A stretch of DNA of 32,000 nucleotides, from assembly GCA_016699145.1 (NCBI GenBank), contig CP064962.1, forward strand, positions 240,001 to 272,000, written 5' to 3'. The DNA is from Candidatus Saccharimonadota bacterium (lineage in GTDB: Bacteria; Patescibacteriota; Gracilibacteria; UBA1369; 2-02-FULL-48-14). Position 1 is the stretch's first letter; each line of letters starts with the position of its first letter. Positions 1 through 6,995 of this stretch are shown piece after piece. The notes beneath the pieces were generated by a model that had not been told where the DNA came from, did not search any database, and saw only the letters and a program-made list of their open reading frames with translations. The position numbers were made by a program, and so were the translations under genes.

Positions 1-1829
1 GGCAAAGAAGCAATCAAAGGAATGTACACGACCGGACGCGGTGGAGTGACTGTGCGCGCCAAAGCCGAAATTCAAGAAGAAAAAAGTGGACGTTTCCGCA
101 TTGTGATCACGGAAATTCCTTACCAAGTCAACAAAGCCAGTCTGGTTGAAAAAATTGCCGAACTGGTGACCGAAAAGAAAATTGTGGGTATTTCTGACCT
201 GCGCGACGAATCCAACCGTGAAGGAATGCGCATTGTGATCGAACTCAAAAAGACTCCTACCCCAACAAGATTTTGAACCAGCTCTACAAGCTCACCCCGT
301 TGCAGATCAACTTCAACGTGAACATGATTGCGTTGGTGGATGGCATCCAACCTCGCCTTTTGAACCTCAAACAAGTGCTGGAGTACTTCATCTTGCACCG
401 AAAAGAAGTCATCACTCGCCGCACGGTTTACGAACTCAAAGTCGCTAAAGCTCGCGCTCACATTTTAGAAGGGCTCAAAATTGCGCTCGACCACATCGAT
501 GAAGTCATCGCCACCATTCGTGCCGCCGACACCAAAGAAGAAGCGCACGCCGCCCTCATCAAGAAGTTCAAGCTCTCCGATTTGCAAGCCACGGCCATCC
601 TCGAAATGCGTCTGCAAACCCTCGCCGGCCTGGAACGCAATAAGATTGAAGACGAACTCAAAGAAAAGATTGCCCTCATTGAAGAGCTCGAAGGCATTTT
701 GGCCGATGAAAAGAAGGTTTTGAAAATCATGCAGGCTGAATTCAAGGAAATCAAAGACAATTACGGCGATGCACGCCGCACCGAAATCGTGCCTCACGCC
801 CTCGGTGAATTCTCTGTAAAAGACACCATTCCGAACGAGGACATGGTGGTGGTGCTCACCGAAGAAAATTACATCAAGCGCGTGCACCCCTCCGCCTTCA
901 CTCGCCAAGCGCGCGGAGGTCAAGGTAAACTCGCCATGAGCACCAAAGAAGAGGATGAAATCGCCATTTTGCGCTTCGCTCGCAACCACGACAAACTGCT
1001 GTTCTTTACGAACACCGGGCGCACTTTCCAACTGCCTGTCTACGAATTGCCCAAAGCAACTCGCCAGGCCAAGGGAACCCCGCTCATCAACCTGATCCAA
1101 CTCACCAAAGATGAAACCGTTACCGCCATGCTCGTGGTGGTGGACGAAAAATTCGGCGGACAATTCCTCTTCATGGCCACCGAAAAAGGAACCGTGAAAA
1201 AAACACCTGTCGAAGACTTTAAAAATGTGCGCAAATCAGGACTCATCGCCATCAAGCTCCGCGAGGACGACTGCCTCTCTTGGGTGAAACAAAGTTCTGA
1301 AGGAGACCATATTATGATGGTGACTCGCGAAGGAAAATGCATCCAGTTCGATCAAGCCGACGCTCGCCCGATGGGACGCGCTTCCATGGGAGTGCGTGGC
1401 ATCAAACTCAGAGCTGGAGATGAAGTCGTAGAAATGGATGTGGTCAAAGACATGAGCTCCGACTTACTGGTCGTGATGGAAAATGGACTTGGAAAACGAA
1501 CTCCACTTGAGGAATATCGCTTCCAAGGACGCGGAGGGTCCGGCGTGAAAACCGCCAACCTCACCGAAAAGACCGGCAAACTCGTGGGCGCCAAAGTCAT
1601 TGAACCCGGCACCGAAGGCGACATCATGATTGTTTCCAAAAAAGGAGTGATGATCCGCAGCAGTTTAGACAGCGTGCCCGCTCGAGGACGCGCCACCCAA
1701 GGCGTCTACCTGATGCGTGTGAAGGGCGACGACAAAGTCGCTTCCATGTCCTTCATTGAGAAAGGAGAAGAAGGCGAAGGCAGCACCGAAGAAGAAGAAA
1801 CCACAGAAGAACAGACGGCTCTTGTGTAA
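1..1829 (+). CDS. gyrA: DNA gyrase subunit A, C-terminal part. The 5' end is upstream of the window, and the frame is interrupted by an apparent 1-nt loss at 247-252.
   Basis: Frame 1 is open from base 1 (GKEAIKGMYTTGRGGVTVRAK...). ORFs 22..276 and 273..1829 join as ...MRIVIELKK/DSYPNKILNQLYKLTPLQINF if one base is added in the A5 run. Supporting motifs: LEMRLQTLAGLE, a GyrA-box-like QARGGQG, repeated beta-pinwheel CTD blades, and an acidic tail GEEGEGSTEEEETTEEQ. Confidence 0.9.
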
Positions 1830-1850
1830 AACCCAGGCCACCCTTTCCAC

Positions 1851-1931
1851 GCCCACAAACTCGCCGTCGCCCGCCAAACCAACCTCGACATGCCCCGCAA
1901 CTTGGCAAAGTCAGTGACGGTGAGATGTTAG
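1851..1931 (+). pseudogene. Orphan 3'-terminal fragment of a glmS gene (last ~26 codons plus stop) with no gene body.
   Basis: It translates AHKLAVARQTNLDMPRNLAKSVTVRC-stop. The resident GlmS C-terminus (16451-16528) reads AYKLAVARQTDPDMPRNLAKSVTVK-stop. The fragment begins about 20 nt after the gyrA stop (TAA 1827-1829). Confidence 0.8.
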
Positions 1932-2221
1932 AGGCTTGAATCTAAAATATTTTCGCAACCTTTTAGAAAGGAAATAATATTTTTAGGATTTAATCCTATT
2001 TTTGGTTTATTCAAAATCACTGCTTCAGTGAGATCATCTTTGGTGCGCAATTCAAGCGATGAATCGCGTCCATCAAAAACCAAACTGTATTCCCTACCTT
2101 TATATCTAACAAGAGAGTACCAACTTCCAAAAGAATTGGCATGATAGTGATGTTCAGTCGTTACAAACTGAATTTCCTTCATGCCAACTTCAACTTCAGA
2201 CATTAATTTAAAATGATCCAT
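1928..2221 (-). CDS. Hypothetical 97-aa protein, last gene of the island operon.
   Basis: ORF track. Its ATG (2219-2221) lies 1 nt after the upstream gene's TAA (2223-2225). Its stop (1928-1930) overlaps the stop of the glmS fragment. No family recognised. Confidence 0.5.
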   Translation of the reverse strand: MDHFKLMSEVEVGMKEIQFVTTEHHYHANSFGSWYSLVRYKGREYSLVFDGRDSSLELRTKDDLTEAVILNKPKIGLNPKNIISFLKGCENILDSSL

Positions 2222-2222
2222 T

Positions 2223-2719
2223 TTATTGCGTGTAGCGATCTTCGTAATAAAGCTCCCGAGTGTCGAGGTGGTATTCTATCGTGTAAACCTTCCAGGCATG
2301 CCCTCCTAAAAATTCAGAATGCACAAATTCATAACCATAGTCGGTTGGCCCCCAGATTGCCTCAGTTCCGAGCGCATCGACTGGGTCTACGTCAGGAACG
2401 TAGACTTTGATTGTAAAATGGAGTCAACCATGCCTTCTGCAGACATCTCGTCAAGGAAGCGGATGTCGTAATGAACACTAGAGCTTTGAAAGTTATAGTC
2501 AGATTCATTCCTTAACACGAGAATATTTTCAGGAATAGCAACATCCGCGATGCGTTCGACTTCATTGCCATCCACGGGGCCACCAAAAAATTCGAGTACA
2601 AGCGCAAGTACGACTATAAGTAAACTTGCTAGTATGTAGAGGAAAAATCCTGTTATGCACACTGCAACTCCACCTAAAAGCAAACGACCTAACAATAAAA
2701 CTGGTTTTTGAATATTCAT
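2223..2719 (-). CDS. Hypothetical N-terminally membrane-anchored protein, with its frame broken between 2390 and 2423.
   Basis: The 110-aa ORF 2387..2719 has a hydrophobic N-terminus (LLLGRLLLGGVAVCITGFFLYILASLLIVVLALVL). A second frame continues without any start codon as ...IKVYVPDVDPVDALGTEAIWGPTDYGYEFVHSEFLGGHAWKVYTIEYHLDTRELYYEDRYTQ-stop (TAA at 2223-2225). That continuation can only be the same gene. Confidence 0.45.
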
Positions 2720-2738
2720 AAGGCAATCTTATCAAAAT

Positions 2739-3776
2739 TCAATTCCTATCAAAAGGAAATCCCCCCTTCTCAACAGAAATCATTACACTGCGTAAAAGAG
2801 GGTTGTGAACAAGAAATTGGTGTAAACCGACCGTATCCATTTCAATTGCAACAGAATCGCCGGGGGAAAGACTCATGCGTTCAGTGATCCCTAGAATTTC
2901 GAAATCGAGTACTTCCTCAAGTTCATTTTTAACAGTGAGCATTTGGCCCACTTCGCTACGAGTCCACGTCTCACTGATAAAATCTTCCCGCACTAAAATG
3001 GTATTGGCGGGCACCTGTTCTCCACGCCCTAAGTGCCAGGCCTCCCAAAAGAAAAGTCCTACGACAAGAGTCGCAAGCATTATGTAAGGGAAAATACGAT
3101 TCAAACGTTGCCTTAAAAGTAAAGGCTTCTCACAAAACCATCCTAGCGGAAATCCATAGAAAAGATGCGCACCATAGGCAATGGCCAAGGCTTTGTAAGC
3201 TGTTCTTATGCCATAAATAGCTCCAAAAGGAGTCAAAACGGCTAAGGTTTCGAGGAGAAGACCCCACAGCACAGCCCACCCAATGGATTTATTTTTCATC
3301 ACTAAGGAGTAAATCCATGCAAAAGTGATCCCATTTGAGAAATGATAAAAAAGTCCTGTTAGATCACTCAAAACAGTACTGGACTGCACATTCAACAAAT
3401 ACATTCCGTAAGACTGAATAGGTGGGAAGGGATTAAAGCCGAAAAAATGCATGGGGATGCGCACCAAATCGTAGCCCAAGGTGCCCACAAATCCACCGAT
3501 CAATCCTAAGAACATTGCTTCGTGAATACTTTTTAAACCCTTCTTATAAGCCCAAAACCATAGCAAAGAAATGAGTAAGAGGCTGGGTAAAAGCACCCAT
3601 CGACCCAACACGTGCATGGGAGCAGCTCCATATAGAAATCCAAGTAAAGTAAAGATAGAACCAAAGCTCAAAAACCAAAGAGCAGCTCTTACTTGTAATT
3701 CTCTATTTTTAGAAACCAAGAATGATTTCATTGTCAGATTTGTTAGGATGTAATTTTTTTTGTTCCTTATATGCAT
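2739..3776 (-). CDS. Polytopic membrane protein with a C-terminal soluble beta-rich domain, function unknown.
   Basis: About 7 hydrophobic segments, then a ~90-aa tail (TILVREDF...LTVKNELEEVLDFEILG...GDSVAIEMDTVGLHQFLV) vaguely cupredoxin-like but without obvious Cu ligands. An AAGGA lies 7 nt before the ATG at 3776. An alternative ATG at 3731 would shorten the 68-nt overlap with the upstream gene. Confidence 0.55.
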   Translation of the reverse strand: MHIRNKKNYILTNLTMKSFLVSKNRELQVRAALWFLSFGSIFTLLGFLYGAAPMHVLGRWVLLPSLLLISLLWFWAYKKGLKSIHEAMFLGLIGGFVGTLGYDLVRIPMHFFGFNPFPPIQSYGMYLLNVQSSTVLSDLTGLFYHFSNGITFAWIYSLVMKNKSIGWAVLWGLLLETLAVLTPFGAIYGIRTAYKALAIAYGAHLFYGFPLGWFCEKPLLLRQRLNRIFPYIMLATLVVGLFFWEAWHLGRGEQVPANTILVREDFISETWTRSEVGQMLTVKNELEEVLDFEILGITERMSLSPGDSVAIEMDTVGLHQFLVHNPLLRSVMISVEKGGFPFDRN

Positions 3777-5118
3777 TTTCTAATCCTTTTAGAGTTTTTC
3801 CACCGGTGTTCCCGAAATGACCTGGATCATATTTATTACTCCAAGCTCCACCCCAGTCATCAAAACCATGTTGTTTGGCGATTTCACTGATTTTACGCCA
3901 CGTTCCATTGGGCAGTCTTTTGCCCGCATCATCAAACGTGATCACTTGCCCCTTATTATCAAAAGCAGAAACATCTATAGCACGTCCATAGTTATGCCAA
4001 CTTTTTCCACCTTTAGCGTTCGTTGCTTTTGAGTTAGTCTTCCGAATTTCATCTTGCTGATTCATAGTACGAAAATGTCCATCAGAATTAACACGCAGTC
4101 TAATTCCCATATCTTTTTCTACATGATTAATAAAATCAATGCCATTTTGTATGACGTCTGGATGACAGTCTTTTAAGCGGTCAACATTACGAGGATCCCA
4201 AGTAGAAGAAGGTCCCCAAGGATCATTTCCAATGCTTTTAGCTTTTGCTGCTACACCAGCCCCAAAAGCTCCAAAGGTACAAAAGAGACTAGGGTTTAAG
4301 CCGGTTTCCAATAAATCTAAAAATCCATCACTCATTAACCATTTTCCAAAAGAACCACCCGCCTCACTCCAACCACCATCATCAGCAGAAACATAATGCG
4401 CATCTAAAAGGGAAATAAACACCACTCCATTTATAGCCCAAAAAAATAGATGAGCTACACGAGAGTTATTTTTCTTAAAAAAGAACATGCTGGCAGCACC
4501 TACTAAAGCGAAGCCCAAGAGCCATTTCAATGGGACGAAAGCACTCACTATTAAAGTGATACCAAATATGAAAATCAAAATTTTTGTGAACGACTTTGTG
4601 AGAAGTGTACTCTTATGAAAATACTTTAACATCTTATGAAGATTCCAAAACAAAAACCTTAATAGAAAGTCCCCGAAAAAATTCCCAATAACAAAGATGA
4701 TTGTTAGACCCAAAGTAAAACTAAAAGCTTGTCCTAAAAATTTGCCGATTAGTAATGAAGCACCAATGAACCCAAAGAGTAAGAAAAGTTTTTTTTGATC
4801 AAGTCGAAAAATCTCTCGAATGATCTCAAATGGAGTAGTTAGGAGTAGATGACAATATTTCTTCAAACCATAGTAAGAGATACTGTCCATTGTAGACCAA
4901 AACAAAAATCCAAATAAAAACCATACTAAATAGATCAAAAAAGAGGATTGATCAGTGGTAACATATTGACTCCAAGAATTATCAACCTGGTAATGGAATC
5001 CGTCTAACTTGAATGCTAATATGTAAGTATGGAATATCCAGCTACTGAAAAAAGTGATCCCCATTCGTAAAATGAAATGTTTTATGTTTTGTCTGAAAAA
5101 CAAATCCTTCAAATGCAT
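3709..5118 (-). CDS. Polytopic membrane domain (~7 TM) fused to a C-terminal M15/LAS-family zinc peptidoglycan peptidase (VanY/endolysin-like).
   Basis: The C-terminal ~140 aa contain SWHNYGRAIDV (H-x6-D, plus-strand 3973-3996) and YDPGHFGN (D-x-x-H, His codon at 3817-3819). This is the metal-ligand pattern of D-Ala-D-Ala carboxypeptidase / L-Ala-D-Glu peptidase folds. The N-terminal ~300 aa are strongly hydrophobic. ATG at 5116-5118 is preferred over TTG at 5124. Confidence 0.7.
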   Translation of the reverse strand: MHLKDLFFRQNIKHFILRMGITFFSSWIFHTYILAFKLDGFHYQVDNSWSQYVTTDQSSFLIYLVWFLFGFLFWSTMDSISYYGLKKYCHLLLTTPFEIIREIFRLDQKKLFLLFGFIGASLLIGKFLGQAFSFTLGLTIIFVIGNFFGDFLLRFLFWNLHKMLKYFHKSTLLTKSFTKILIFIFGITLIVSAFVPLKWLLGFALVGAASMFFFKKNNSRVAHLFFWAINGVVFISLLDAHYVSADDGGWSEAGGSFGKWLMSDGFLDLLETGLNPSLFCTFGAFGAGVAAKAKSIGNDPWGPSSTWDPRNVDRLKDCHPDVIQNGIDFINHVEKDMGIRLRVNSDGHFRTMNQQDEIRKTNSKATNAKGGKSWHNYGRAIDVSAFDNKGQVITFDDAGKRLPNGTWRKISEIAKQHGFDDWGGAWSNKYDPGHFGNTGGKTLKGLENAYKEQKKLHPNKSDNEIILGF

Positions 5119-5180
5119 AGTCAAAGATTAGAACATCTGATCTGGATTTTCAATCTTCAAGCCTTTAAACAACGGTCACC

Positions 5181-6080
5181 ATGCAAGACAAGATTCAAAG
5201 CATCGTTGATGCTATCAATCTTTGCTCAAGGAAGAAGCTCAATCTTTTAAATAGATGGCGGGTTCGGGCTATTTCGAAGAGGGTTTTACCAGCGGAAATA
5301 TATAGACATTACACTCGGAATAATCAATACCTTTCCGAACTTACTTGGATATATCAACTGAAACAAGCGTTTAAAACATCCCAGCCTTTACCAAGTAGTG
5401 CGACCATGTGGCACTATGTTAAACAAATTCTTTCCGAGACCATGCAGCTACATGCTCTGATGTTTTTGATTCAACTCACAATTGAAAATGAAGGGGTCAA
5501 AGAGGCTATGCCCTATGTTGAAAAATCTTCAAGTTATAGAGCTTACAGGCTGCTATTGGATTATTATGCAGGTGAGGCAGATTTAGAGCATTTTCTGCAC
5601 TTTTATAAAAAGGCTGAACCTAAAAAAAAGCAGAATAGGATTGGACTGATTAAGTGTAAATTTGTTTCACATTATTCTGATAAGTTTGGTGTCGACCTTG
5701 GGTTGAAGTTGTGTCAAAAAGCTCCTTTTAGCCAGACTCAGTTGTACTCGGCTCTGGCACCCCATTTCTCAAAAATAACTTACAAAGAAGCGAAGAAGTT
5801 GCTTAAGAGCATACTTCAAAAATACCCTCTTGTCCAAGAAATAGACCACTGTGAAGCTTGTTTTTTAACCATGGCTTTTAGTTCGGACAAGAATGCAGCG
5901 CATGCAAAGGACTTCGCAGAACTATTTCAGATAGTTACTGCCATTCCAAAGACAGCGAAAGCTGGTGATTTTCGATTGCGGGATTGTCTTTTACTCGACA
6001 TTGCAAGGAAGTGTGCAGGAAATGTGGAACAATCGATTCTTTGCAAAAAGGCTATTATAAATCCGAAGCTAAAAAATTAA
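5181..6080 (+). CDS. Hypothetical 299-aa, apparently all-helical cytoplasmic protein.
   Basis: ORF track. Divergent from the island operon across a 62-nt spacer. No TM segments and no recognised motifs. Confidence 0.5.
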   Translation: MQDKIQSIVDAINLCSRKKLNLLNRWRVRAISKRVLPAEIYRHYTRNNQYLSELTWIYQLKQAFKTSQPLPSSATMWHYVKQILSETMQLHALMFLIQLTIENEGVKEAMPYVEKSSSYRAYRLLLDYYAGEADLEHFLHFYKKAEPKKKQNRIGLIKCKFVSHYSDKFGVDLGLKLCQKAPFSQTQLYSALAPHFSKITYKEAKKLLKSILQKYPLVQEIDHCEACFLTMAFSSDKNAAHAKDFAELFQIVTAIPKTAKAGDFRLRDCLLLDIARKCAGNVEQSILCKKAIINPKLKN

Positions 6081-6907
6081 CGTATTTTTTTAAAGTTAAA
6101 AATCAGCCATCCTTTATCCAATGCATCGTTAGAATAATATGGGAATATACCTAAAGAGGAAGCGTCTGTTTTAGAACCGTCATTCAGTAATAAATGGTCT
6201 GATTGAATAAAATAATCTGAATAAGAAGTCAGTTCATACAAAGCCTGTATATTTTCTTCGAATAGATCACATTTGCGGCAAGAAACAGCCCGACCATTAT
6301 TGAAGAAACCAGCCAGACCTGCATTAGAACTGTAGAGGTACTGCAAAGTCAACTCGGGTTCTTCTTCAACTAAAAGAGTTTTGATGACGGACTCAATTTT
6401 CTTCCTATCGGATGGATGAGGTTCTCTGTAGATAAAAACTAAAGCCTTATCCAGTGAAATTGGATAGTAATGAAAAATATCAGGAATACCAATGTCGGTT
6501 GCCACCGAAAATCTATAACCTTGAATAGTGGACTCATTTATGGGCTGAAAATCAAACTCCTCAAAAGGATTTAATCCAGGTACAGAAAATTCATAATTTG
6601 ATATTATTTTCACAATTTCTTCCTTACTCAAATTTGTAATACCGAAGTTTACAGTATCAGTGCCTACATATTCATTCACTGCATCAAATCTGAGCTGAGC
6701 TCCCGCGACAAGATCAATACCCCACTTGTTGAACGTCTTATTACTTTCATCCAACTCCCAACCTTCTGGGTATGCAAGAGAAAAGCCATATTCCTCATTT
6801 TCATAAATCATCCAATTTGAATGGTTCACATAGGAATAAATTCCATAAGCCCCAGTGGTCACAATCACCACAATAAGTAAAACAACTTCTCTTGGTCTCA
6901 TATCCAC
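6077..6907 (-). CDS. Hypothetical membrane-anchored or secreted protein.
   Basis: N-terminal anchor VVLLIVVIVTTGAYGIYSYV, followed by the WMIYENEEYGFSLAYPEGWELDE pattern common in uncharacterised extracytoplasmic proteins. Shares a TTAA double stop with the 5181..6080 gene. Confidence 0.55.
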   Translation of the reverse strand: MDMRPREVVLLIVVIVTTGAYGIYSYVNHSNWMIYENEEYGFSLAYPEGWELDESNKTFNKWGIDLVAGAQLRFDAVNEYVGTDTVNFGITNLSKEEIVKIISNYEFSVPGLNPFEEFDFQPINESTIQGYRFSVATDIGIPDIFHYYPISLDKALVFIYREPHPSDRKKIESVIKTLLVEEEPELTLQYLYSSNAGLAGFFNNGRAVSCRKCDLFEENIQALYELTSYSDYFIQSDHLLLNDGSKTDASSLGIFPYYSNDALDKGWLIFNFKKIR

Positions 6908-6944
6908 ATTTTAGCACAAATGGAATTTCGGTCTAATCCTCCTC

Positions 6945-6973
6945 TTGCAAAAAAGCCACCTCCCTATCATAAT
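6945..6973 (+). promoter_or_regulatory. Sigma70-like promoter candidate for the surface-protein gene.
   Basis: TTGCAA (6945-6950), a 17-nt spacer, then CATAAT (6968-6973). This favours the ATG at 6996 (MRRALLALLSL...) as the start codon. Confidence 0.35.
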
Positions 6974-6995
6974 GCAGCCACCTATTCTGCCCTCC

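Noticed and set aside
120-1900. Numerous 60-230-aa ORFs antisense to or out of frame with gyrA (for example 465..1163 minus, 120..461 minus). Similar shadow ORFs occur inside tgt, glmS, pyk, secDF and the large surface proteins.
   Set aside because: They lie entirely within strongly supported conserved genes. Their translations are low-complexity or repetitive (runs of S, F, V, G) and match no motif. These are typical stop-poor shadow frames.
1932-2010. Tn7-like transposon end (TGT terminal repeat plus arrayed ~22-bp TnsB sites) just downstream of the glmS fragment.
   Set aside because: No TGT...ACA termini or repeated ~20-bp motifs were seen. The region is coding (minus-strand 97-aa ORF) right up to the fragment's stop, and there are no tns/tni genes in the island.
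5119-5180. Short inverted repeat AAGATT-N22-AATCTT in the divergent island promoter region, as a possible operator.
   Set aside because: The arms are only 6 bp in an A/T-rich spacer, there is no regulator gene nearby, and this is within chance expectation.
6077-6080. Convergent genes sharing a TTAA double stop, and the 31-nt 3' overlap of the peptidase and dehydrogenase genes at 13119-13149.
   Set aside because: Both are real features of the sequence but are common in compact genomes. There is no hairpin or other signal suggesting a regulatory role.
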